Assembly (NCBI GenBank): GCA_964016885.1
Contig: OZ024741.1
Coordinates: 316,820,001-316,884,000 of the forward strand
From: Eledone cirrhosa
Lineage: Eukaryota
DNA: 64,000 nucleotides
Direction of reading: 5' to 3'
Below are positions 13,996-29,125 of the stretch, one piece after another (positions within the stretch are counted from its first letter, which is position 1; the number at the start of each line of letters is the position of its first letter). The notes beneath the pieces were generated by a model. The model worked only from the letters and a program-made list of their open reading frames with translations, was not told the DNA's origin and ran no database searches. Made by a program: the position numbers and the translations under genes.

Positions 13996-14169
13996 TATTA
14001 CTACTATATTTATATATATATATATATATATATTTGTAGAAGTTATATTTAATTTGCTGGGATACAACAAGCAAATATTTTTATAACTGATATAAAGCAC
14101 TCAACAAATTTTTGGAGTAAAAATACAATATAATAACAAATGGAAACTATATTTATAAAACCATATTTA

Positions 14170-14230
14170 TTTCATTATACATATTTCAAGGACACCAAAG
14201 CAAATTATGGTGCGCTTTCATCAGATAAAA
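14170..14230 (-). ncRNA. Type I hammerhead ribozyme in a PLE terminal repeat (14030-14310)
   Basis: TTTTAT-CTGATGA-AAGCGCACCA...TGGTGTCCTT-GAAA-TATGTATA-ATGAAA. Same stem III as 7217-7273 but a different stem II. Confidence 0.8.
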
Positions 14231-14304
14231 TATAATATAGATCAGTTTTATAAACAAATATTGACATACCCTTAAAGAATGCGACCATGTCGGTTGGAAG
14301 CTCC

Positions 14305-14388
<84 letters not shown>

Positions 14389-14638
14389 TTATTTAAAATC
14401 CCGCCGAGGTTTGGCTTTTATCCCTACGGGGTCGATAAAATAAAGCACCAGTAATAATGCATTGGAATCGATTTAATCTACTTCTCCCTTCCCTAAAAGT
14501 GGTGGCCTAGTACCTAAATAAGAAACTATTTATATATATATATATATAACCCACTCTACTAACCCAAGTATCGAGTACTCTGGCGAGTAATGGTCTAACT
14601 GGTTTTTACCGCCTCCATTCTGATATATACATATATAC

Positions 14639-14710
<72 letters not shown>

Positions 14711-14716
<6 letters not shown>

Positions 14717-15795
14717 ATACTTGGGGAGGGTCATATTTGTGTAATAATATTGCCAGAATTAATAATAGAACACACTCACTGTTTGGATGGTTTTCGCTTC
14801 TGTGTGTTTTATATCGGTTAATTTAATTTATTCGGTCCTCAATGTTGCCATTGACTGACCAACGGTCAAAAATACAGATACAATATAGACACAAACACAT
14901 ATGTATATAGTCTATCAAAGTTCTTTCGTTGCACATCTGCAACATCGTCAGTGGTGCTATTATGTTTCCTCCCGTTGCATTGTATGCCTACGCCATCTTT
15001 ATTTAGTCTGTTTATTAATTTGTTTTTTTTTTCTTCTCTGCGCATGCGTTTGCGTGTGTGTATAGTCTTTTGTTTGATGTGTGTTCGTGTTTGGGTGACT
15101 GTATTGGTTAATGTATTCTATCTTAGTGTGTGTTTATATGTTGTTATTGTGCTTGTGTATGTATTTATTTATTTATTTATTTATTTATACTTCTCTTAGG
15201 TCAGTGTTATTTGTTTGGGTGTTGTTGTTATTCGATTCATTTTTTTCTGTTTAGCCTTGGCCTTCTAAGTTCTATTTAGCTGACCTCTCTGATTTGCCTG
15301 TCTGCTGGGTCATTTCTATGTTTAGATATTATTCTAATTTCTATGTTGTCTATGTTACCGTCGTGTTGTTGTCTGGCATGTTCGTATAGTACTGATCAGT
15401 TTTTTCGTCCTTTTAGTTCTCCCCAGTGTTGGTCTATCCGTTCACCTATGCTACGAGCTGTCTCGCCTATGTATGTTGTTGTCATGTTTCTGCAAGTACC
15501 CTCTGTACATCTTATGCTATAGACTACGTTTCTAGTTTTACAGTTTATCCGGGGGTTTACTTTACATATGATACATTTCCTATTAGTACAGTGGGTTTTC
15601 TTAAAGGGGTAGGTTTTGCTGATCAGGGATTTTATGGTGGTTCCTGGCTTTTCTACCATCTTAATCTTCAAGTGGGTCTTTCTCAGGGCCTTTCTACACT
15701 GGTTAGCTAATTTCCCTCCAGGGGTAGTGTCCACAAACATGACACTCTGGTTTCGACACACGATTTCATATCAAAAACCTCGCAAAACTAATTCA
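14711..15795 (-). mobile_element. PLE 3' fragment: Cys-rich finger + GIY-YIG endonuclease, 3' UTR, hammerhead
   Basis: ORF 15396-15761 reads C..C..C...CKTRNVVYSIRC...YIGETARSIGERIDQH. Ends at (TA)n, with an inverted terminal piece at 15751-15788. Confidence 0.9.
14907..14960 (-). ncRNA. Type I hammerhead ribozyme-like motif
   Basis: ATAGcacCA-CTGACGA-T-GTTGCA gatg TGCAAC-GAAAG aa CTT-TGatagaCTAT. The copy at 30961-31014 has a G8A change. Confidence 0.65.
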
Positions 15796-15859
15796 TCGCC
15801 GTTTGCTGGCCTTGTGCCAAATGTAGAAACAGTTATATATATATATATATATATACACG

Positions 15860-15903
<44 letters not shown>

Positions 15904-16056
15904 CCTGTGTTGTTTTTGACGCAAACAAACGCGCAAGTTCTTCAGGTTGCTGGCTCCAAACAGGCGACTCACATCTGCATACGTGCCAATTATATATGTG
16001 TGTGTGTATTGATGTGTGTGTGCATATATGTATTTGTTTGGTATATATATATATGT

Positions 16057-16130
<74 letters not shown>

Positions 16131-18408
16131 TTATGAGTTTGTATATATGTATGTCTATATGTATGTCTATATGTATGTGTGTGTATATATATGTGCGTAC
16201 ATTTGTAATATGAGTAGAAGGTAAATAATTGTGGAGGGGGATATGTATGTATATACGTGTTTGTGAGAGGAGAGAGATAAACAATTTCAACAGAGCAGCA
16301 CGTGTCAGCTTATTGATTGGCCGACCGCTGACCCTTCACCATGGCAACGGATAATCGGTCGGCGGACACACCCACCCCTACTTTGTTAGTATTCAACGCG
16401 AATCGCTCGTTAGGAGATAGGTGCTCGAGGGTTACTCTTTCGGGTGGTGGTGGTGGTGGTGGTGGTGATGGATTTGTTGTTGATGGTTGCGATGTTGTTT
16501 CTCTTGCTCTTGTTGTTGGTTGTGATGCTGTTGCTGTTGTTAGTAAAGTTGATGTTATCAAAACAGAACAATCTGAAAAGATTTATTATACTGTTGCAGA
16601 AGGTGTGGGGTTTAGTGTTTAAGGTGCTGGAACCATGATCTTACGGCTTTGGGGTTCGATTCCTCAACCGAGCGCTGTGTTGTGTCCTTGAACAAGACCC
16701 TTTATTTTACATGGCTCCTCTGAATATCAACATCATCAGTGTTATGTCTAGGAGAATGTTGTGCTCTCAATTACTTAACGCCAATAAAACTGTGAATGCG
16801 CTTTTCATGGTAGAACAGGAGACCCTATCATTAAAGCACCTAAGAAACTCCCTATGAAATACAACCTCAGAAACTCCCTATGAGATGCAACCTTGTAGGA
16901 GGCCGGCTAAACATGCATCGATGTGAGTTGTACAACAACATGAGGGAAGTGGGACCTCTATTGTTAAAACACCCAAGAAACCTATGAGGTCAACTTAACC
17001 TACATAGGTGAGAGCTGTAACAACAAACTAGGGTGCCTATCATTAAGACCCCCTATGAGATGCAACCTTGCAGGAGACTAACTAAATATGCATTGGCATG
17101 AGATGTAAATTGTTTTTTTATCGAACCGGGATGAGCCAGTAGATTTGGCGGGTTGAATTTAATTAAATTTTAACGGCACTTTGTTAGGCTTCGACAGGAG
17201 CAGTGGAAGCACTTCTGAATTGGGGGTAAATTTGGTGAATTTAGTTGTACTGATTAGTTTAGCTCTTTGCACTCTAAAATGGTCAGAAAACTTCGAGATG
17301 CGATAAACATAACATGTACATAAATTGTAGCCCATATCCAAATAGATGTGTGTTTTGGTAGTTTGGGGAGAAAAATATACTTATTGGGGGGAGGGGGAAC
17401 TCTCTTCCAATACACCTCTCTATACCAATTAACATCAAAGTCTCTCCCCCTCTCTACATCTACCCCACGGAACCTTTTTCTAATCCCCCTCTCTATATCA
17501 ATAAACATCAATCTTCCCCCCTTTCTATATCTAATATACAACACACTCTCCCAACCTTCCTCTTTATATCAATTAACACAAAACTCTTCCCCTCTCTATA
17601 TCTATCTCTCCCATCTATCTCTACATAAGATATACATAAGTTGTAGCGCATATACAAATTGATGTGTTTTGGTGTTTTGTGGAGAAAAATATAATTATTG
17701 GGATGGAGATCGCTTGAACTTTCTAGAATACACACAATGTAGTGGAAACGGACGAGTTGACTGCGGGGCTTGACTCCTCGCCGTTGTTCATGTCCTTGTT
17801 TAGTTCCTGACTAGCTGTAAATTGGCAGACTTATGATCAAAGCTATTCCAGTCGGAACAAACTGTCTTTAGGAGGTATCCAGAACCCCATTATCTAATAC
17901 GAACTACTTACGTCTTTTTAAAAAGACAATCGACAACAATTTGAGGAGGATTTAAACACGTTAGTGTTGTTGTTGTTGTTGTTGTTTAGTACCAGGGGCC
18001 GCTAGATCTAGATTTACCTGTACTAAAAGATATTCCAGTTATAACAGTTTCGTTTTTTTTTTTTTTGTTTTTTTTTTATCTTGACAGAGAATAACCAAGA
18101 CTACATTATCTAACATGACATAACCTTCCCATGTATTAAAGAACGTAGAGCATGAGTTGAGCAGAATTTAACTGCTATTTCTAGCATCTGGTTCGAACTT
18201 TGCCAGACTTCGTCATTAACTACTCGTGATTACAAAAGTATTTCATGGGAGAAAGTCTTTTCCGCACTAAATAACTTACCTAACTTAACAGCTAACTAAA
18301 ACACTAAAGATTTTATTTATTTATATATGTATTGCTGTTGTTGGCACGGCTGAGGTCATTTGACCGTCGAGGTAACTTAACTAATGCTTCATGTATATAC
18401 ATATATAC

Positions 18409-18467
<59 letters not shown>

Positions 18468-18679
18468 GGCGCGCGCACAAATACATATACAAACACACTC
18501 ACACAAGCACACACAAACACACAAACACACACACACACACACACACAGTAAATATTTAGTAAGGTTTGGAGTATAATAGAGGATAATCGGTATTAAGCAG
18601 GCCACACTTACTGTAGAAAACCAACCAACCGATACATGCACACACACACACACATATACTTATATATACACAAGGATTG

Positions 18680-18732
<53 letters not shown>

Positions 18733-19012
18733 ACATGTATATATATACATACACTCGTACAAAACGCACAATTACACAAAAAATACATACAAAAATGTAT
18801 ATATACAGATACCGTTACACAAACACATACATACACAAATATATATATATATATAATGTATATGTATATATATGTCTGTGTGTGTGTGTGTATACATGCA
18901 CACGTATACGAACAACACACACAAATACAATATATAGACACACATACATAAGTGCAACATACACATACACATACAACACATATGTGTGTGTATATATATA
19001 ACACAACACATA

Positions 19013-19043
<31 letters not shown>

Positions 19044-19059
19044 GTTTGTGTGTATGCGG

Positions 19060-19092
<33 letters not shown>

Positions 19093-19478
19093 CATGCACA
19101 CGTATACGAACAACACACACAAATACAATATATATATACACACACACACATACATACGTGCAACATACACATACAACATATATACACACACACATCCACA
19201 GCTGGATTTAATACCCAATATCTCAGCTTTGTAATGTTTAAGTACAGTTGGAATTCCGAATGTAGGATTATCGGAGGGGGTATTTGTTGATGGTTGTTAT
19301 TCTTGTTGTTATTGCTGTATTGTTTTAAAGCCGAGGTCAGCCTCTATCTTTTAGAACTACGATCTAAACCAGTGATTCCGAAATGGGAGACACCTTGGTT
19401 CTCGGGGGGAGGGGAGGAATTTTAGCTACGGGAGAAATATATGGCCTCAACCGGATGGCTGGAACTGGTAAAAGAGTA

Positions 19479-19526
<48 letters not shown>

Positions 19527-19574
19527 GTTGACGGACCCAGCATATTTATCAATGTATATATATATATACAAACA

Positions 19575-19637
<63 letters not shown>

Positions 19638-19788
19638 ACATATATATATATATATATATACACATACACACACACACATATATATAGATATAGATATATA
19701 CATATATATGTGTCTGATGGTAGCTAAGATGCTTCCATAGGCGGTATGCCGGTTGAGAACTCTATGCTCTTACAGAGCAGAGTATGAT

Positions 19789-19919
19789 AGAATAGAAAAC
19801 GAAAAATCAGTGATGCATCTGAACTCAATTTGTTGTGTGTTACAATGGTTTCTCCGGTGAAACCATTGTAACACACAATAAATTGAGTTCAGATGCATCA
19901 CTGATTTTTCGTTTTCTAT

Positions 19920-19922
<3 letters not shown>
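19789..19922. repeat. 64-bp-arm palindrome next to (TC)n(TA)n
   Basis: Arms 19789-19852 and 19859-19922 around the loop TCCGGT. Confidence 0.92.
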
Positions 19923-19953
<31 letters not shown>

Positions 19954-20099
19954 CATATATATATATACTTGCTGAAGTAACCGACGTTGCCCGGGTTAAA
20001 GACAATAATGAGATTTCATCCAAAACTTGATATATTTTCTTAAAATTTATTTATTATGATTAGTGATTCTAACATTTCCGGCATAACAAATTCGGTAAG

Positions 20100-20300
20100 A
20101 TCATGGTCATCATAATCATCGTTTTTACGCCCGCTTTTCCACTTGCATGGGTTGGACGGCTCCTTTCAAGTACAGCATCTCTCCATTTGTCGCATTCCTT
20201 TGTCATCTCCTCTGTGAGTCTCAACGATTTAAGATCAGCTCTCACCACCTCTGCCCAGATCTTTTTCGGTCTACCTCTAACCGCGGCTTCCTTCCAGTGG
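20100..20300 (-). mobile_element. RTE-clade LINE 3' end
   Basis: RGRPKKIWAEVVRADLKSLRLTEEMTKECDKWRDAV followed by an (ATG)n-like tail. Confidence 0.7.
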
Positions 20301-20389
20301 TATTTGCTGGCACTTCTTAACCCAGCGATCATCATCATGTGCATCATATGTCTTCTTTCCTGAACACTGCTTCGGATTCCTTCGCGTTA

Positions 20390-20945
20390 CCTTGAACTCT
20401 TATTCCCAAGGCCCCTTCGTTTCGCCCACCTCGCCGCTCTCGAGAAGAATGAATGTGGAATACGCCCCATCGCAGTAAGAAATGTCTTCCGGAGGCTCGC
20501 AGCAAAGATCATCTGCAATTCTGTTTAACCTGAACAGCTGGCTGCTGTTATGGGCCACACACGCCACCTGACAGTTCATCAACAACTGTCTTCCCGAAAT
20601 GGCGCCGAGTGATTCCAGGCATCTCATCGTCAAGCTTGACATAAGAAACGTCCTGAATTGTCAGTCCTACGACCACTTGCTCGAGGCCAGCTTCGTCCGC
20701 CTACCTGGGTCTCCGAGCCTGCTCCTGACTGCGGACAAGGTCATACTATCTTCATCCAGCGTCCAACAGGGCGATCTATTGTACCTCCTCTTCTTTGCTC
20801 TCGGGGTAGACAACGTTGCTCGGAGCTTCACCGCCCTTCTCAATGTCTGAGACCTGGACGACGTGATGATAGGCGGGCTCGCAGAGACTGCCTATCATGA
20901 TCTCCGATCAGTGGTTCCCGCTCTGGTGAGGATTGACTTCGCGAA
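20390..20945 (+). pseudogene. CRE-clade non-LTR reverse transcriptase fragment
   Basis: GIRPIAVRNVFRRLAAK, VKLDIRN, VQQGDLL.LLFFAL and LNV*DLDDVMIGG (a decayed YLDD). Confidence 0.75.
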
Positions 20946-21471
20946 TAAACAACTATGTAGGAGGTCGTAAATATCAATTACGACGTTTATCGCGTAGTAG
21001 TGAACAAATTATCGGGTTATATCCAAATTTATATCCAAAAGGACGAGTTCGGTATAGAGTTAGTTCCACAATAAATTAAGACCATACTTATAGACACGTG
21101 TTTCAGGATTATTCTACTCGTGTATGGTTAGCAAAACGGAAATATTTATGAGTTGGCTGGATTCTGTGCAGATGACAGTAATTGATACTGTATGGGGGGA
21201 GGGTAACAAGAGTTTGACTTGGGGGGGGGGGGGGCACTTGAAGAATGATCCCTTGTGATAGTTCAGCTCGGGTTAACCCTCTGGTTATCTTGGGTACTTA
21301 TCTTCTATTTAAAAACAAAAAAAAAACGATTTCTAAATAATTTCTAAATGACCTGCCTTTGTTTAAACTCTTATGATATATTTCTAACCGCGATCTTTAT
21401 ATTTATTTTTCTTGCGACAGGCTGAATGAGTCCAGAACCCAACAGAACTTGAGTATCTGTTTATGTCACTG

Positions 21472-21571
<100 letters not shown>

Positions 21572-21732
21572 TAGGATTGGTGGTCTGAAATAGCGATGTA
21601 TACATGAATGTATGAATAGTATATCTGGCAATATACCGTATGTTTGATTAAAAACATTTTGAAGACCATACGCTATCAATTTTAAAGTAGTGACTATATC
21701 ACTCACTTCTTTTCGGCGAAAGAAGGGAGAGA

Positions 21733-21774
21733 AGCTGACAGTCTGTTTCACGCTGTTTGGCGATCATCAGAGCC
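21733..21774 (-). ncRNA. Minimal type I hammerhead ribozyme (GUC triplet)
   Basis: GGCT-CTGATGA-TCGC caaaca GCGT-GAA-ACAG a CTGT-C-AGCT. Confidence 0.72.
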
Positions 21775-21924
21775 ACGCACTCCCTGCTTCCGCCGAAAAT
21801 TATAGAAGCTGGATTCTTATAGAATTCAAGAATAATCAGGAGCTGGACTGGCAATCGCTCTGTATAATCAGCTCCTGATTATTACTGGAATTCTATAAGA
21901 ATCCGGCGGAAGCAGAGAGTGCGT

Positions 21925-21966
21925 GGCTCTGATGATCGCCAAACAGCGTGAAACAGACTGTTAGCT
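21925..21966 (+). ncRNA. Minimal type I hammerhead ribozyme (mirror copy, GUU triplet)
   Basis: Same as 21733-21774 with one change at the cleavage nucleotide. Confidence 0.68.
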
Positions 21967-22224
21967 TCTCTCCCTTCTTTCGCCGAAAAGAACTGAGTGA
22001 CAAAGTCACTACTTTAAAACCGATAGCATGTGGTCTTCAAAATGTTTTTAATTAAACATACGGTATATTGCCAAATATACTATACATACATTCATATATA
22101 TATATATATAATGAAATATATATAATGTAATACCAATATACCCAACTATAGTGAACAAATGAAATACCGATATAAAGAACTATATTGCACATTGTGTATA
22201 TCTTCTTTGCTACTCATTCTTGGG

Positions 22225-23305
22225 AGGGCCGTGGTGGTTGAGTCCTCAGTCTCGCCTTCCAGCGAATCCTGTCAGAATCAACCGTATCCAATTAATTCGG
22301 CTGGATCCCCAAGTGAGACCAACTGAATTTAGGGATATTATCCAACCATCTTACTCAGGGTCTACCCTTGGGACTCCTGCCGGTTGATTTTACCCTATCC
22401 AACATTTCTTTCCTGTGACATTATAACAACATGCCCATAGTTTCGGAGCTGTGATCTCTCAATTTGGAAAAGTAGCGGCTCTACCTGGAGCGACTCTCTG
22501 ATGTCCAAGCTGCGTACTCTATTGAGTAACATTAATCCAAAAACTCTTCGGAAGAACCCCATTTCGGCCGTTTTTATTCGTGATAGTTTGTTTCGGTCAT
22601 TACCCAAGATTCAGAATAATAGGTAAGGGTTGGCACGAATAGCGAATTGAAGATAGCGAGTTTGGATTTTGCACCTACCTGCCTTCTTCTGATGACCGAA
22701 TGCTAAAGCTGGTACATTACCGCACCATCTGCAATTCTTGCACTTAATTCAGCCTCCTGCCTTCCATCATTCGTGAACATGGCCCATAGATACATGCTTC
22801 AGTGGAACTCCACTTACATGTAGAGTGCACTGCACAGGCTTCCTTGAGAGGACGAGTATGTCTTCCACAGCACTGATTTTCATTCCTGCCGTGCAGCACT
22901 CATCAACAAACCTGTCAAATGCATATCGGATATCACCTTCCGACGAGTTAAGTAATACTATTTGTCTGCTGACTGATCCGGCACGTGCTTGTCTTGATAC
23001 CACTTCCAACCCGGCTGTGCATATCAATTCTGTTTCATGTAAAACTGAACAGGAGAGGTGACAGTATGCACCCTTGACGGTGTTCGACACCCACATTGAA
23101 CGGTTTTGACTTAGCCACATTTATCTAAACACAAATACCAAGGCATTCTTATAGATGCATCAGAGCAATAAGAAGTTGCCCATTGATCCCATACTCGTGC
23201 AAAACCTTTTACAAGCCCCGTAGAAGTGGTCATATGCCTGTTCGAGGTCTACAAAACAAGCATGCACTTCTTGGAAATACCCCCAGGATTTTACAAAGAC
23301 CTGCT
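22225..23305 (-). pseudogene. RTE-clade (Expander/Rex3-like) LINE fragment
   Basis: VHACFVDLEQAYD and AEMGFFRRVFGLMLLNRVRSLDIRESLQVEPLLFQIERSQLR.YGHV. Confidence 0.82.
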
Positions 23306-25485
23306 TCCGTTGTTCTACCACCACCCCACCCAGCACCACGACCATGATTATGACGATAACCACTACCACTACTACCACCACCACGCCTACCTCTATTATA
23401 ACCATCACAGCTACCGATATCACAGCCACCACTACCACTAGCACCATCATTACCATCACCAGCACTGTCACAAACACCACTGTTACTACAACGACCACCA
23501 TCAATAGCATCAACACCACTCTCGATTGTAACCAACATCACTACCACTATCACAATCACCACAACCACCATGAGGACCACCACGAACATCATTAATCCCA
23601 CTATAACTCCCACTATCACCACCACTACTTCGATTACAATCACCACCACTATCACAATCACCACAGCCACCAAGTGGACCACCATCAACATCAACACCCC
23701 CACTATAACTCCCACCATCACTACCACTACCACCCTTCTTCCTTCTAGTAGAAAAACTATTCGACCATTTACTTAGCATTTTGTTTTGTTTTGGGTGAAA
23801 TCCTATCGGCGGTATATATACTAAAATTGGAAAGGCAGCTTCCTTCACCATTTAATTCTGTGGCTTGAAGCAACAAAAGTCATTTACTTCATAATGGCAT
23901 CGTACTGACCATTATGACGTCAGCAGGCCTAGACAGCCACAAACTAACAGTAAACAACAGCAACAACAACATAATACACTCCCACAACACACAAAGACGC
24001 GCACACACGCGCGTGCGCATACACACACACACACGCACACACATATATACATATATACGTATTCATAGACATCCACATACATTCATACAAATATATATAG
24101 ATACACAACGAAACAAAAAAGAAATATAACAGAGAGGAAAAGGAGGAGGATATACACAAGAGAGAATGGGGAAAATACTGAGAGAGAAAGGTACAGAGAG
24201 AGAGAAAGTAATGGGATGAGAAGGAGGAAGAAATCAACAATAAGAAGAGAGAGGAAGGAGGATGAGAAAAATAGAGAAGGTAGAAAAAGAAGGAGAGAGT
24301 AGTAATTTATGATTACGATGATGCTGCTGCTGTGATTCATTTTGTTTATTAGTACGTTTGTTTCTTAAAACCAATTTTGTAGTCAACAAGAAAAAGTTTA
24401 CAGTCGTCTTCTACGTCGTCTGTTCAGCAAATCTTATTGTTTCGATCCGCCATTTTGAAATTCATACTGAGGCGATGTAACTTCAACAGGCGAATGTGTC
24501 TGCTAACTTTCCCTGCACACCAAACAGCCTCAAAGATATTTCTCTTTATACCTAGTAATCAGCAACATACTCAAAATAGTTTCCCCCCTTTTTAAAGAAA
24601 CAAGTCTCGGCGAATGAACCAACAGTTAGAATAAACAGTTAGACGAAGGAAAATGAACGAACAAATAATCACTAACACACAGTGTATACGTAAGTACATA
24701 CATATGTATATACATAAATTTTGAAATAAATTATTAAACCAAAACAATATACACAAAACAACAGAAAAACCAAACACTACATACACAAGACAAACTACAT
24801 AAAAATATTACAAAAATAGCAAAATAATTAAATGGATTTTAATAGATAATAAAAACAACGAGAGCACCACACACACCGACACCACCAACACAAATAACAA
24901 GAGCATCAATAACAACAATACCGACACTACCACCAACAGCAATAACAAAACCAAACCACCACAAGCAAAATGATATCAACAATATCAAGAGCAACAGCTT
25001 TTTAGAAATTGGGAAAAGAAGAAAGTTCTGAGAAATAGAAAGACTCCGTATCCTGAACTACGAACATTCAAAGGGAAATTTAACCATAATCTATATAATA
25101 GTTTATTTATAGTGTTCAAGAAGGAATTTGTACTGTGGAATTTACCCCTGACGTGTTGCTGGTCCGTCAGACAGGAGGATTCAATATCAATTAAGAAAAG
25201 AAAAACGACCAAAAGACGATAAAAAAATAGAATGGATTTAATACATATAATAATGACTTTCTTTGCAACTATAGCACTCAGCATTTTACTTGTTATTGTC
25301 GAGCACAATTACTGCCCATCAGGGTACTGGACTGAAATAATGAGATCATTTTCCAGGGATTCTGACTCTCATAATTTCTGTGATTCTCTGAGAAAAATTA
25401 ACGAACAAATGGCTACAAAGCGTTTGTTAGAAAAGTTTTTTAGAGATTATTACTAACACACACACGTACATATATACGTAAGTAC

Positions 25486-25563
<78 letters not shown>

Positions 25564-26099
25564 GTGCGAATATGTGCGCGTCTGTGTGTGCGTGTGTGTG
25601 TGTCTATCTTATATTTAAATGTGGAGGAAAATAATATATAATTTTAAGAATATAAATATTGTTTAAAAACTGATGACGATAACGCCTATGACGTCGATGA
25701 TGACGACTGTGATTATGATAACGATTATGGATTGTCGTGTAACAGTCTGAAAAATGCAACAAAATTCTAATCATGATAAAAAAAAGATCCAGTTTGTAGT
25801 ATCGGCTGGCTACAATGTGATGGTGAGGAAAAAACTTGATTGCAGGGATTATTGAGCAAAAATCACAACATTATACACATCGCAGTGTCTAGTAGTAAGC
25901 TTTACTAATTAAAGATGTATTGTAGTTTATTTTATACTAAACGCATTCGCTTCATTCGACAACACAAACAGACATTTTGTTTATTTTATTATCAAACGCA
26001 AACGTTTAGCATGAATATTAATATATGTATATATGTATGTATATGATATACATTTTTTTCTTTAAATATGTTTAACATATACCTGTTTATGGGTTAGTT

Positions 26100-26345
26100 C
26101 GCCACGTGGCCCCTGCTAACAGAATGGAGAAGGCGTTGCCCCGGAGGATGGCGAGGGAGACGCACTGGAACAGACACTATAACTCACGGGGTTCGTCCTT
26201 GTGGATAGCTAACACTACCCCAATAGCAATGAGTAGGGATGTGGTCCGGGGACCAAGAACGACGGAAATCTCCACTACCACAGGCTAGACCACAAACCTA
26301 TCGGATAGCGACAGTTTTCCCTATTCGACCTGACGAGTAGCGACG
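26100..26345 (-). pseudogene. CRE-clade retrotransposon RLE C-terminal fragment
   Basis: The minus strand reads LSDRFVV*PVVVEISVVLGP...LFQCVSLAILRGNAFSIL, resembling the CRE terminal motif LFQRLSIAIQRGNA. Confidence 0.65.
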
Positions 26346-26904
26346 AATAACAATTATCCTGAAACATTGACACATTAAAACCATCACTCTTCATATGATT
26401 TGCTATTAATTTTGAAAATAATCAAGAATTTATAAATTATGACTAATTTTGACATTATTAAGTTAGTGTTTGGAGCATAACTTAAAGGTTGCTACATAAA
26501 ATTATGATGGAAAGTTTTAAGATAGATAAATGTAATTCTTTCTTTACGATATTTCTAATGAAATACACAGCCTATGGTTTTCTATCTATGTTGAAAATAA
26601 TCAAGCATTTCGAGGGATTTAGTATTATAAATAACTTTGTCATTTTTATGACGATCTTTGGAGCTTAGGTTTAATATTCCTGCATTAAATTTCCTGTTGA
26701 AAGATTTAAATTTAAATAGAAACACTTTACAATAAACGACTTTGTACCATAAAAGCAATGGCGGTTTCAAGTTTAGTAACAAAATGGTTTTAATTTCAAA
26801 GTATTTCGAAAGCTGTATTACATTTTCAATGGCAAAATCCCCCGGGCACACATGGGCGTGTATGTATATCTATACACACACACACACACACACATATTAT
26901 TATT

Positions 26905-27910
<1,006 letters not shown>

Positions 27911-28001
27911 GTAATAATAATAAATGTGAAGACTAAAATCCAAAGAGGACTCGATAAGGATAAATATATATCAAATATATAAGAACCCTAGAGCAAATAT
28001 T

Positions 28002-28128
28002 TATTAAAATAACAGATTAAAGTTTAAGCAAAGAATCGCTGCTTTCACCCTTAACGGGATCTTCTGAAACTAAAAAGATCCCGTTAAGGGTGAAAGCAGC
28101 GATTCTTAGCTTAAACTTTAATCTGTTA

Positions 28129-28136
<8 letters not shown>
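28002..28136. repeat. ~62-bp-arm palindrome within a TA-flanked element (27910-28136)
   Basis: Arms 28002-28063 and 28075-28136. Confidence 0.9.
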
Positions 28137-28206
<70 letters not shown>

Positions 28207-28209
<3 letters not shown>

Positions 28210-28977
28210 TCCCTTCCTATCTACGGTTAGCTTTCCTCTTTGTTGTTTACTTGTCTCACTCGCTTTACGCGTTTTAATTGTCCTAATAACTTAATTTAGT
28301 TATTATTGCACCAACGTGAGGTATATGATTTTTAATGCAATGAAATATCTATGATCGTTGGCAAATCACTGATGAGGGACTCATTTTATAACATGTTATC
28401 CATGTGCAACCTGCAGTATTCTTCTCATTTTTTCACATATATTTACCTAAACTGCGATTCTGTTTTTCTCTCTCTCTCTCTCTTACTGCTCCCTCGTTCT
28501 CTCTGTTTCTCCTACTTTCTTTCGCCCCCTCTGTCATGTCAGTTAACACTTTCTCTCTACTGACCTCTTCCTCACACTTCCACTCACTCACTCACTGTTT
28601 CTCCCCTTCTCACTTCACTCCGTTCGCGACGAATACAATTTCCTTCTTTCTTACATTTGGATTCATCTCGAAAGGTCTTTTTTCTACGCGCTCATATATT
28701 CACCCAGCTTATGCTGACAGAATAACTATGTAGCTTGTTCCCTTCCTATCTACGGTTAGCTTTCCTCTTTGTTGTTTACTTGTCTCACTCGCTTTACGCG
28801 TTTTAATTGTCCTAATAACTTAATTTAGTTATTATTGCACCAACGTGAGGTATATGGTTTTTAATGCAATGAAATATCTATGATCGTTGGCAAATCACTG
28901 ATGAGGGACTCATTTTATAACATGTTATCCATGTGCAACCTGCAGTATTCTTCTCCCCATTTTTTCACATATATTTA
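28207..28977. repeat. Near-identical ~240-bp direct repeats (28207-28445, 28736-28977) between TA tracts
   Basis: Direct comparison; period 529. Confidence 0.9.
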
Positions 28978-28989
28978 TATATATATATA

Positions 28990-29125
<136 letters not shown>

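Noticed and set aside
28340-28385. Type II hammerhead (GAAA...hairpin...CTGATGA), also at 6460-6500
   Set aside because: No convincing stem II or stem III pairing, and the UH triplet is not conserved between copies.
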